Of a stretch of 64,000 bases of DNA, positions 1-10,200 are shown piece after piece. Source of the DNA: a virus (taxonomy: Duplodnaviria > Caudoviricetes); the IMG/VR virus record IMGVR_UViG_3300033066_000778, positions 32,001 to 96,000 of that record; one strand, 5' to 3'. Under the pieces are notes generated by a model. That model saw nothing but the letters and a program-made list of their open reading frames with translations. It was not told the DNA's origin and did no database searches. A program made the position numbers and the translations under genes. The stretch's first letter is position 1; the number at the start of each line of letters is the position of its first letter.

Positions 1-814
1 TCTTAAACTTGATATTAGCCAATGGTAGTTTGAATGAGAAGTTTTTGTTTAGTCCATTTCGCTGTCCGAGTAGAAGCGTAAAATCAGCGTAAGGAATGTT
101 TGTGAATGGAACGTCAACACGGTTATTATCTAAAAGAAAAGATAAAACCTTACCTTCAAGATCTTCATTGTTGATAGGAAACTTAGCACTGTAGCCTCTA
201 AGTTCATTCCTAAAGACTTCTCCAAGAACAGTACCATTAGAGCCAACATGTACGTTATTTAGATAAACGAAAACTCTTGTATTACAGTCAAAGTTAGGTA
301 GTCCAGTTCCATTATTGATGTAGTAGGAGAGGTTTCCTATTACGTGGTTTTCTCCCTCGTAAGGAGGACGCATCAAACCATTCTCGGCAATGACGCAAAG
401 GTTGGTTGGGGTGGGAGTTGAACCGATCGCGTATGGAATAGAACGGTCAGATATAGTCTTGTAAGGTGCTTTGGCCCTTAGTGTGATCGTTTGACCGTAA
501 TTTGACATCGAGAATACGTCAAAAAAGAATGCCGTTGTCTCCCAATTACCGTTGGTATCACTTAAGATCGTGTTTTCTTTTATCTTAATCGTCCCATCCT
601 TATTTATCTCAGGTGGGTTGATAAGGAAACCATTAAGATATAAGTAGATATATGCATTTACCTCTGGAAGAATACGGCCATTTACGTCAACAGTACCTAC
701 CCAACCACGCAAGAAGTTAACTCCAGGCGTGATCTCCTCAACGTAAGGAGTTGGCGTAGCTGTTTTTGTCTGGCTAGCTCGTTTAGTATCGGATAAGTAT
801 GTCTGTATTTTCAT
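1..814 (-). CDS. Baseplate/tail structural protein, runs off the window edge (not in ORF track)
   Basis: ATG at 814 just after the stop of the baseplate wedge gene; frame open to the window end (MKIQTYLSDTKRASQTKTATPTPYVEEITPG...). Function inferred from position only. Confidence 0.7.
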   Translation of the reverse strand, partial: MKIQTYLSDTKRASQTKTATPTPYVEEITPGVNFLRGWVGTVDVNGRILPEVNAYIYLYLNGFLINPPEINKDGTIKIKENTILSDTNGNWETTAFFFDVFSMSNYGQTITLRAKAPYKTISDRSIPYAIGSTPTPTNLCVIAENGLMRPPYEGENHVIGNLSYYINNGTGLPNFDCNTRVFVYLNNVHVGSNGTVLGEVFRNELRGYSAKFPINNEDLEGKVLSFLLDNNRVDVPFTNIPYADFTLLLGQRNGLNKNFSFKLPLANIKFK

Positions 815-815
815 A

Positions 816-2618
816 TTAGACTGGGCTGTAAGTCGTTAGGTCCGTTTCTGGGTTTGGGTGCCCGTAGTATCCACCAGAAGGATAGGGCTCGTCTGTAATA
901 GGTTCGTAGGTAATGTTTATATGATTTATGTTTGTACCAGGATAGTAGGTATACCCGTTTGTATAAATGTCTAACTGTCCATCCGGATTGATTACTTGAA
1001 TGTCATTTACACCGACAAAGTACGATGAGGGCATCGCAAGCTGTAAGTATGGTGGAACGACATTAGTTGGTTCAGATACCGTTGGGATCGTAGAAACGTC
1101 ACCAAAAGTTGGAATCTTCCATTTCTCTAGGATGATATCCATAGGAGGATTAGGAGCTTCATCAACTCCGATGCCTTCCGGTGTCGTGTATAGTCTGCTT
1201 ATTCTCGCCCAAGCAACACCAGGAACCGAGTTTATAAGAGAGGAAATAGCAGAGAGTCGAATGTCCTGTCCAAATGATACGTTATCGAAAGAGTAAAAGT
1301 CTAGAATACTAGTACGGATTAAGTCGATAACGATGTTTGGATCATACTGATTAACATCAATTCCAATGTGTATGGTAACGAAAATGTCTACCAATACAGG
1401 ATCAACGAAAACTAATCTTGTAGTTACAGGCATTTTTTCTGCAACTGTTTTTCTTACAATGTTATCTCGTAGTGTTCTATAACTGGCTCTAGATGCTGGG
1501 TTATAGAACATATCGCTGAATTCTTTTGAGAAGAAAGTTAGTCTTACTTTGTTAAGCAGTCTGTAGTCAGGGACAGCTTCTTCGTCTTCTCCCCATGCAG
1601 CAGCTTTTGTGACGTTTGGAATACCCTCAACAATAGAGGTATAATCTGTTTTTGATAAGGCCCTTCCTAGTCCAAAAAGATTACCGATCGCCTTTTTCTT
1701 AGCCTTATCAATACTCTCCTGGTCGTCACCACCGGCTGTAGCTTGACTGTTTACAACAAGTAATTCTACTTTGTTTCCTACAGAATCGGCAACGAGAGGA
1801 GCGCCAGATACAACTTTGTTAATAGCGTTCTTACCGACATTTCCATCAAGTCCTTTCGTCTGGATGTAGTTTATCGTAATGGTAGCGTTGTAAGGAGGAA
1901 TAGCTCCAAATTGCCCATCACTGAATGAGATGTACACCCTGGAGAACTCATCTACTTCTGTCGTAAAGTGTTTGGAATCTTCTTTAGACTTATAGAAGGA
2001 CTCGACGAGTTCCCATTCTTTAGCTTCTTCATTATCCGTTAGATCGTTGTCAATGAAGACCTGAACGGATGATTTATCAATGTTCGCTAACGTAAGAACA
2101 AACTTCTGGTTTGGTGTTCCGTCAGAAGTAAATACATCAATACTCTGTGTTCCTTGAATAACTTGGATCGTCTTAGTATCACTTGGTCCCGCTAGTGTAG
2201 TCGCACCGAGGGCCGTATACGTAATACTCTGCGTATCTTTTTGAGCGGAAAACTGTGTACCTTTAGAAACGTAAACAGGGTAAATAGGGCTTTCGTTTGG
2301 AGAAACCCTTACCGTAACAGTGCCCGTCGCCGCTGAAACGCTATTTACCTTATACCCAATTAGCTTAAGTAATGAGATAACGTTTTTTCGTTGTTTGGCT
2401 CTTTCGATATCGAGTTCATTACACTGCATATCCAAGTAGAACATTAGGTTGTCTACCATGGACATAAACGTTTCCAAAAGAACGATACCAGGATCAGAAT
2501 CATTAAGATCTGTCCACTGTCCCTTAGAAACAATCGGAATTTGTTTAATCAGTTCATCTCGTAAGGACACGTAGTCTTTAGAGAGGTAACTGGATTTGGT
2601 TGCTACAGGTACTGCCAT
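816..2618 (-). CDS. Baseplate wedge subunit (T4 gp6 / P2 gpJ-like)
   Basis: Motifs KDYxSLRDEL, WTDLNDSDPGIVLLE, SFSDGQFGAIPP, AGGDDQESIDKAK, RALSKTDY; follows a gp25-like gene. Confidence 0.9.
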   Translation of the reverse strand: MAVPVATKSSYLSKDYVSLRDELIKQIPIVSKGQWTDLNDSDPGIVLLETFMSMVDNLMFYLDMQCNELDIERAKQRKNVISLLKLIGYKVNSVSAATGTVTVRVSPNESPIYPVYVSKGTQFSAQKDTQSITYTALGATTLAGPSDTKTIQVIQGTQSIDVFTSDGTPNQKFVLTLANIDKSSVQVFIDNDLTDNEEAKEWELVESFYKSKEDSKHFTTEVDEFSRVYISFSDGQFGAIPPYNATITINYIQTKGLDGNVGKNAINKVVSGAPLVADSVGNKVELLVVNSQATAGGDDQESIDKAKKKAIGNLFGLGRALSKTDYTSIVEGIPNVTKAAAWGEDEEAVPDYRLLNKVRLTFFSKEFSDMFYNPASRASYRTLRDNIVRKTVAEKMPVTTRLVFVDPVLVDIFVTIHIGIDVNQYDPNIVIDLIRTSILDFYSFDNVSFGQDIRLSAISSLINSVPGVAWARISRLYTTPEGIGVDEAPNPPMDIILEKWKIPTFGDVSTIPTVSEPTNVVPPYLQLAMPSSYFVGVNDIQVINPDGQLDIYTNGYTYYPGTNINHINITYEPITDEPYPSGGYYGHPNPETDLTTYSPV

Positions 2619-2619
2619 A

Positions 2620-3069
2620 TTAAATTCCTGCTAGGTACTGTTTTCCCTTGATTACTTCACTAAAAGGTCTTCCTGCTCTCATAAAAGGAAATACATAAGA
2701 CCCTGGGGTATTCGTCGCTTTTATTATGTATTCAACAGTAATATCAATCTGATGATCGCTTGGATCCTCAAATTTGAGGTTTGTTACTGTAATACGGCGT
2801 TCCCACCTGTCGATTGCTTCAAGTAGCGTATAGGCTAATAGACTTTTAAGAATAGCGTCGTTAGGCTCAAAAATACCGGCTAAGAGATCGCAGCCATACT
2901 CATTACTATTGTAGCGTTCACCCTTTCTTGTATTGATAAGGATGTGTAAAGCTTCGTTAATCCGGTCTTTACCAGTCGATGTTTCTAGGAACTTATTTTT
3001 CTTTGCGGAGGAGAAAGTAACAGGGTATTTAATTCCTGTTCCAATAACCTTGTTTAACTGGTAGTCCAT
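2620..3069 (-). CDS. Baseplate wedge / sheath initiator (T4 gp25, GPW_gp25 family)
   Basis: GIKYP...INEALHILINTRKGERYNSNEYGCDL...FEPND...IDRWERRI pattern; 149 aa. Confidence 0.9.
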   Translation of the reverse strand: MDYQLNKVIGTGIKYPVTFSSAKKNKFLETSTGKDRINEALHILINTRKGERYNSNEYGCDLLAGIFEPNDAILKSLLAYTLLEAIDRWERRITVTNLKFEDPSDHQIDITVEYIIKATNTPGSYVFPFMRAGRPFSEVIKGKQYLAGI

Positions 3070-3078
3070 TCTGTCTCC

Positions 3079-4158
3079 TTAAGAAAAAACGTACATCCGT
3101 GGGTTATTTCCTGTTGTAACGTAAATGTACGTAGAGCCTGCTTCTTCAAATCCACACCAGTTTATGAAGTTACAATCAGAATGAGATACCGTTACAACAT
3201 TAGATGCAGCTGTGTTTTCTGTAGTATCCACAGTGATATTTACAAAGCCGTAAGAAAGTGCAGTATCACGAAGGAACCATGCTCTTGGGTTAGAGCCAGA
3301 CATATAGGAGAACGCTGTTCCTAATGGTGCTGTACCGGATCCAAAGAAAGATTCTGGAGGAGAAACTTGGTATGTATGGTCTATTGTTCCATTATCGAGA
3401 ATTTCGGCTACAACAATATCTACTGGTGCTAGCGTTGTGGAGCTTAAAAGACTAACAAAGATCCAAACATGTCCTGCGTCGAATGGATCGGCAACCATCG
3501 TAAAGTCGTTTATGACATAATCTGTTGGCGTAGCGATTCCAAAGTCCGTTAGGGTTAAGACACGTTGAGTAAAGTTCTCAGTGATATCAGGAGAGCCATA
3601 CGCCCCAGATGCGTCTAGGAGAATAAGCGTTCTTACGGTATCATTTGTAAGGACGTATTTTCCATCAGACATTAACCTTGACGGAGTATTAGGTAACTCC
3701 GGTACGGTTATTTGATAAGAGGCTAGTGTACCATTTATATCCGGTGGAGGTATAGCATTACCATTACCCGCTGTTAAACTTGAATCGGATATATCAGCTG
3801 CGTAGAAGAAGTTAAAGCCTCTTCCAAACGCAACGTATTTTCCATCTGGTCTTTTAAGAATAGTGACGTTTAGTGGCCTTGGAAGATTCGAAATCGTATC
3901 TCTAACTTCAAAAATACTTCCTGAGTCAGTAAGGACTACTGTACCTGATGTCGAGTCATTCCATCCAACAATCATTCTGGTACAGTCTTTAGAAAGGTAG
4001 ATTGCCCCAACGGTACTTTGACCATCACCGTGAACGGTAAATGGACCTCCCCCGCCTTGGGTTACCATATTATGATGACCCGCTACAGAAGGAGATCCTG
4101 GTGTATTTAGATTTACGACTGAGTAGCCGTAGCACTGTGATACTACAAACTTATGCAC
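3079..4158 (-). CDS. Hypothetical beta-rich (possibly beta-propeller) baseplate-associated protein
   Basis: 359-aa ORF, GTG start with AGGAGG 8 nt upstream; short beta-strand repeats; baseplate context. Confidence 0.5.
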   Translation of the reverse strand: MHKFVVSQCYGYSVVNLNTPGSPSVAGHHNMVTQGGGGPFTVHGDGQSTVGAIYLSKDCTRMIVGWNDSTSGTVVLTDSGSIFEVRDTISNLPRPLNVTILKRPDGKYVAFGRGFNFFYAADISDSSLTAGNGNAIPPPDINGTLASYQITVPELPNTPSRLMSDGKYVLTNDTVRTLILLDASGAYGSPDITENFTQRVLTLTDFGIATPTDYVINDFTMVADPFDAGHVWIFVSLLSSTTLAPVDIVVAEILDNGTIDHTYQVSPPESFFGSGTAPLGTAFSYMSGSNPRAWFLRDTALSYGFVNITVDTTENTAASNVVTVSHSDCNFINWCGFEEAGSTYIYVTTGNNPRMYVFS

Positions 4159-4732
4159 CGCCGACGCCTCCTATTGTCCCACCATTAGCATAGCCATTAG
4201 CGAAAATTGGAGGAAGACCGGGTGAAAGGTTTATGTTAGTTCCTGTTACAAGGGAGCCTCCAATTCCACCGGGGGAACCTCCTCCACCACCAGGAATGAT
4301 TCCTCCACCGCCTCCACCGACTGGATCAGGAATGCCTGGAGCTAATGCACCCGGAAACTGTGCTCCAGCGATACGACCCATAGCCGCTGTATTTACGGAG
4401 TTCACAAAGTCAGAAGCTGAGGGAATACCCGGAGGAGGCGGAATGGCCGGTGGTTGAGGGATCGAAATTCCTTGCCCAACAGAAGCTATAGCTTTATTTA
4501 GGATTGCATCACTGAACCCTGTTATATTGGGCGCGTTAGCAATCATGTTCGTAAAACCACCAGGACCAGACGCTAGAGCAGACAAGCCCGAGGGTAAAGA
4601 AGGGAATCCAGGTACACTTTGAAGTAACGTGAGCAAATTCCCCATCAGTCCCATCATTGCTGCTTGGGAAGTTTCAAGTGTTTTTAGTCTGGCGGCTGTT
4701 ACTTGTGTTTGGACGTTAAGGGCATTTCCCAT
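4151..4732 (-). CDS. Gly/Pro-rich hypothetical protein
   Basis: 193-aa ORF with low-complexity PPP/GGGG tracts, in baseplate operon. Confidence 0.55.
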   Translation of the reverse strand: MGNALNVQTQVTAARLKTLETSQAAMMGLMGNLLTLLQSVPGFPSLPSGLSALASGPGGFTNMIANAPNITGFSDAILNKAIASVGQGISIPQPPAIPPPPGIPSASDFVNSVNTAAMGRIAGAQFPGALAPGIPDPVGGGGGGIIPGGGGGSPGGIGGSLVTGTNINLSPGLPPIFANGYANGGTIGGVGGA

Positions 4733-4743
4733 CGTTACTATCC

Positions 4744-7266
4744 TTAGAGGATTTCAAATGGCGTTGTTACTGTTATTCCAGCAATTGCTACGGTTATAAC
4801 ACTAGCACCAACAGTTGTTGTTATCTCGGTTCCTGCAAAGTATTCTGATGTCGTAGTGGCACCTTCGGAAATCGTATTGGCCCTTAGAGAGATTTCGTCA
4901 GCCATAGCTGATAGATTGATGCTACTAGAAGTACTAGTCATATGAATATGGTTTTCTACGGTAATATCCCAGTAGTCTCCAACATCCATTGTGGCATACT
5001 GTGTATAGACTTCTCTAAGACGTTTTGACTTCATTTCAATCATGTCGTCAGCAGAGATAAACATACTTCCGTACGTATCTACGAATGCAGAAGAAGCATT
5101 TCCGAGTGAAGAGCCATGAGACTTCGTAACTACTCTTGTATTGGACATATAAAGGCCAAACAAGAAGGAATCACCACGCATATAGACGTAAGGTGATTTT
5201 ATATATGCTAGTTTTGCTGTTGCAGAACCAAGGGTAGTGTTTCCAGTTACTGAAATGTAATCAAAGTCTGCAATAGCGTAGTTTTGGACTTGAAGCTCTC
5301 CATTAACTTTTACTACTGAGCCTTTTACCAAGCTTTTATTAGCTGTTAAAGACTGTAGGCCACAGTAAGAAAGGTCAGTAATTGAAAGATCTTTTAGCTC
5401 TGTCGTTCCAACATCAGAGTCAGTAAGGAATGACGTTGAGCCTTTACTGGTGAAAACTTCAGATGTAATGAACTTTCCATTTAGTACACAACGAGTTATA
5501 TCAATTTCATTTACAGAGGTAATACCTTTTAGTTCAATATCATAGTTTCTGCCTAATAGTTTCGTATTAAGTGTGATAGGCCCTGTACAAGAGAAAAGAA
5601 AACTTCCCGTACTCTTGGTACTATAGAGTTCAATCTTTTCTCCAGTGATCTTTGCGTTAGTTCCTGCTCCGTTATTATCAATGATCAGGTCTGACTCATT
5701 GAGGTAAATACCCTTTTGACTTAAAATGTTCTGTGATGTCTTTACCTTGATTTTATTCCCTACTTTATTACACCTGATCGCGTATTCCTTACCTTCTAAA
5801 GTAGTGCAGTTTACAAGATTAACAACTGCGTTTGTGTCAATATCAATCCCGTTTCCTTGACTGTTAGTGGCTTTTGCACTTACAAGGTTTTTTACGGTTA
5901 ACTTTGAGAATGACCCAACTTTAAAAGCATGGGCACCTTCAATTTCTCTACTGTTAGTAATAAGAGCAAAGGAGTTATTCCCGACATAAATAGCTGCGTC
6001 GTCTGTAGTTCCACTATTTTCCATCTTGATATTGGAAACATATAGAACCTGGAGTCTAGCACCATTATTTGTTTTTACTGTTGTTTTATCTTTACTTGTG
6101 ATGTTAGTGATGTTAAGTAAGGTACAGATACTCTGGTCAAGTAAAATAGCTTCTTTTGACGAGCTACTTGTTTTCATGTCTTTTATGCTGTAAAAGTACA
6201 ACTTTGAGTTCTTCGTAGCGGATATTACAGAATCTGTATCATTGGTGATATTATCGAAAACCTTAGCAAAGATAGAAGAACTTTCAGCGTTAAAGGTTTC
6301 TTTAGCCTTAGTCTTTATCTTTGCTTGAGCTGACGCACCAATCATATCAAGATTTGATGAAACTAGTTTAAACGTTCCTTCTTGACTTTCAATTTCCTTA
6401 ATAGAAGTTAAAGAAACCTTAGACTTGTCTGCGGTAAAAAGTGTTCCACCTGTTACCGTGTTTTTATATGTTTCACCGTTAATGTAGATATCTGACGACG
6501 TAGCATCTACGAGTGTTTTATTCGCCTGAAGTGTCAAAGCTTTGTTTATTTTGATAACAGAATCTTTTGCCTTAATCAACGTTCCGACTGACTTGAAGTT
6601 CTGGACATTGAACGTTTCGAGCTTACTAGCTGAATTGATATCAAATAATGAGGTATCAGCTTTTTCGCCTTCTATCTTTGTAAAGTCCCATACCTCAGCA
6701 GTAGAATTCTTACTGAGGTAAACGAACGTAGCGTAGTTTTGAATCTTTATCGGATTAACAATAGAGATGAAACTGTTATTCTGACCCTTTACGGTGAACT
6801 CTTCCCATTTCCCCCACGTATCCTTAATGCTTTCTACACGGCTTTTAAGAACAAAAAGCCCTATCTTATTAAAAGAACCTGAAACAGAAGTCCAGTCAGA
6901 ATCTTTACTCTTTAGAAGAGATTTATTTTGAACGAATATTGACTGCTTAATCTTACACTTAATAAACTCAACCTTTGAGGAGTTGAACGTCACTTTAGAA
7001 GAAAACGTACACTCCTCAAAGATACAAGCTGAGTTTCTTAGGTTGAAGTTTGTAAAGTCCTTTTTGAAATCGCATTTGTAGAAGTAAAGGTTATTACTGT
7101 TTGTCTTAAGCGACTCAAAATTACATGAGTAAAACTGAACGTTTATATAGTCAGGAAGGGTGCAAGTTCCCTCGCACCCGTTTATCCTAATGGTAGCACT
7201 ACTGTTTGGTGGTGCCAAAAAGTAGTCTACTTGATCCTGAATTGACTTTTTTTGTTCAGTTGCCAT
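4744..7266 (-). CDS. Beta-helix tail spike-like protein with a gp5/VgrG-like C-terminal segment
   Basis: About 700 aa of ~22-residue parallel beta-helix-like repeats; C-terminus EITTTVGASVITVAIAGITV resembles VgrG/gp5 spike ends. Confidence 0.6.
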   Translation of the reverse strand: MATEQKKSIQDQVDYFLAPPNSSATIRINGCEGTCTLPDYINVQFYSCNFESLKTNSNNLYFYKCDFKKDFTNFNLRNSACIFEECTFSSKVTFNSSKVEFIKCKIKQSIFVQNKSLLKSKDSDWTSVSGSFNKIGLFVLKSRVESIKDTWGKWEEFTVKGQNNSFISIVNPIKIQNYATFVYLSKNSTAEVWDFTKIEGEKADTSLFDINSASKLETFNVQNFKSVGTLIKAKDSVIKINKALTLQANKTLVDATSSDIYINGETYKNTVTGGTLFTADKSKVSLTSIKEIESQEGTFKLVSSNLDMIGASAQAKIKTKAKETFNAESSSIFAKVFDNITNDTDSVISATKNSKLYFYSIKDMKTSSSSKEAILLDQSICTLLNITNITSKDKTTVKTNNGARLQVLYVSNIKMENSGTTDDAAIYVGNNSFALITNSREIEGAHAFKVGSFSKLTVKNLVSAKATNSQGNGIDIDTNAVVNLVNCTTLEGKEYAIRCNKVGNKIKVKTSQNILSQKGIYLNESDLIIDNNGAGTNAKITGEKIELYSTKSTGSFLFSCTGPITLNTKLLGRNYDIELKGITSVNEIDITRCVLNGKFITSEVFTSKGSTSFLTDSDVGTTELKDLSITDLSYCGLQSLTANKSLVKGSVVKVNGELQVQNYAIADFDYISVTGNTTLGSATAKLAYIKSPYVYMRGDSFLFGLYMSNTRVVTKSHGSSLGNASSAFVDTYGSMFISADDMIEMKSKRLREVYTQYATMDVGDYWDITVENHIHMTSTSSSINLSAMADEISLRANTISEGATTTSEYFAGTEITTTVGASVITVAIAGITVTTPFEIL

Positions 7267-10200
7267 TATTCTTCAACTAGAATGATATTTTCTGGTGGTA
7301 CTTCTACGCTTCCGATAAATACTCGTGGTTTACTAGCTCCTCTAGAGAAGAAGTAGCGGCCAAGGACATAAACAGTGTTTCCACCCGAAGATGGTCCCGA
7401 GGCAGGTACGATTCCCGTAATTACAGGAGCAGCCCTGTAGGTGTACCCATTATCACCAGCGGATAATGTTCCGATTCCAGAAGAGTTTTGTACGTAGAGA
7501 TTAACGTCAACTCGACCAACGTTGTCATGCGGTAAACTCCATGTTGGCGTCGTAGCATAGATCCTTTGTGGATTAGACTGTAGATCAACCGATGTGATCG
7601 TAGCGTTGAATGAAGATCCGAAGTCTAAACCAAACTTGAATACAACGTCACTTGTGAAATTCGTACCATAAAGAACAACCGCCTGACCACCGGAGAAAGG
7701 ACCGTCTTGTTTGTCAATACTTATGATCGTTGGTACACTTTGAATCGTGTACTCATAAGTTGAAATTGACGTTGCCTGTCCACCATCAGTATTTACAACT
7801 CTTAGGTAAACAACAAGGTCAAGAGGGTTAATCTGCGATGAGGCAGCGGGTGTTACGCAAGTAATCGTCGTTCCATTGTTTAGTAATTGGATATTACGTG
7901 CTACGTTGTTACCAAAGTAAACTGTAACTCCACTGGCGAAACCAGTTCCATTGATTGTTACAGGTGTTCCACCGTCAACTGGTCCTGTTGCAGGAGAGAA
8001 TGACGTGATTGAAACAGCACTCTGCTGCGTGTTAAGGATTAAGGTAAACGTCGTGGTAGCGGATAGTGGAGTACCACCCGTACTGTCTTGTACTCTTACT
8101 GTAAACGTGTAGTTACCAGGAGTGTTATTCGAAGCAGCCGTACCGCTTAATACACCACTTGAGGAAAGTGTGATGCCCGCAGGAAGCTGCCCTGATGTTA
8201 CAGACCAAGAGTAAGGGAGAACCCCTCCCGTCGCCTGTAATGTCATGCTGTAAGGAGAACCAATCGTTGCTTGGAACAACGAAGAAGTTACGATAGAGAT
8301 TGAAGCTCCACCTGTTACGCTGATCGTAAGGGCTTTACTTGCATTCTGAGCAGGAACGGCGCTGTCTTGTACACTAAAAACGAGATCTTTTGTAAGCGCG
8401 GTTACGAGTGGAGTACCTGTGATCGCTCCCGTTGAGGAATTTAGGCTTAGTCCATCTGGTAAAGCGGGATTAACCGTCCAATTTACGTAAGGAGAAACAC
8501 CACCTTCGGCAGCAAGTGAGGTACTATAAGCACTTCCGATTACTGCGTTTGGTAATGAGCCTGTTGAAATTGAAACGGATGTTGGTACGATTGCGATGTT
8601 CGCACCAGACGTTGTTACTGCTCCAGAAAGGTAGTCTTTAACGTTTACCGTGTTTGTAGCATAGATATCATCGACGCCAAGCCATACTGATGGTATTGTG
8701 GCACTTAGGACACCGGAATTATACGTTGTTACAAGTTCGATTCTATCCCCAACATTACCTTTAGGGTCGTAAAGAACCTTACAAGAGTTATTGAAGTTCG
8801 TTCCTGTGACTTGAATTACCTTGTCTATTGGAGAACCGATCGCTTGGATAGAATTCGGAGAAACAGTTCCTACAGAAAGTACTGGTGTAGCAGACCAAGT
8901 AAAAGCACCAGCAAGGATAGCAAGTATTGTTGCGTCAGCTGTGATAGCTTCAATATCGCAGAGTCCAGCTGCTCCTCCCCATGGAACACCACCGGCATTA
9001 AGTGTGATCTCAATTACAGTTCCTGTGTTAGAAGTAGGAACGTAGTTCTGGTAAACACCTGTACCTTGTAAACGAATACGAATGAAATCTACGGCAGCAA
9101 GGTTAGTTCCTGTTACCGTTACACCTGTTAACTCTGGCCCCGTGATAGAATAAGTACTTGGCGTTATACTATCGACCGTAGTAATACCACCACCACCGCC
9201 CGATGGGTCACCGACTACTTTAACAACCTTTGAAGTTATCGCGTTGTTGTTTCGAACAGCCTTGATAATAATTGTTTTTGTAATACTCTGTGTTATTTCA
9301 CCAGTTACTCTAAGAACACAGTTACCATTTACATTTTCGATTGTTAGCCAAGGAAAATCAGTAGAGATATTGTAGTAAGAACTATATACAAACGTTCCTG
9401 AACCACCAGTTGGAGTTAAAGTATACGTATCCCCAACAGCTGATGCATTGAAGGTACATGTACCTTCTTGGCAGTTCAGATTAAAGTTAGCATCAGATCT
9501 TGGTAATGTTAGGAACCATGTATTTGCATACCCGGCTGTGATAACCTCGCCTGATACTACGTTTGTTTCATAAGCGTTGTATTCGATTGCACAGTTACCA
9601 GGAACACTTGAAAGTGTTGAGGCTGGGAGAGTATAGACGTTACTGAGCCCTGTTCCACTCTGTAGAGAACCAACAGGAGGTAGCGCAAATCCAGGTGCCT
9701 TTGAAAGTTTCCAATCACCTTTTATTGCTGCGAGTGTCTTTGAATCCCAATCTGTAGGAACGCCACGAACCGTAAAGCTCTGACCTTCAAACATGTAAAC
9801 GTATGGGTTTACGATTTGGTAGCTTGCACCTGAGTACGTTACATAGTTTGATGGCCCAGCTTCGTCGTAGTATTTTACAGTAAACTGTTTTGACGTACCG
9901 AATGATGTTGTATCCGAACTAGTACTAACTTGAAAAGTAAGAGTAAATGGATATACAGCACTGTACGTTGTGATGAAGTCTAATGGGATAATGTAAAGTC
10001 GATAGAACGTGTCCTGTGAAAATGGTCCATAGATATGGTAGTAGTCACCTGATGCAGGAGGTTCTTCAAAGTCAGAACCTATAGACGGAATGTTTGTGTC
10101 AAATCCAGTAAGGAACCAAACGGAGTTTGGAGTAGCATCACTGGCTTGATGCTTAACCTTAGTTTTAATGTAGTATGTTCCACCAGCAGTTGTTTTAAAG

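Noticed and set aside
4140-4175. Possible frameshift joining 4151..4732 to 3079..4158
   Set aside because: The downstream GTG has a well-spaced AGGAGG and no slippery site is visible; two genes is the simpler reading.
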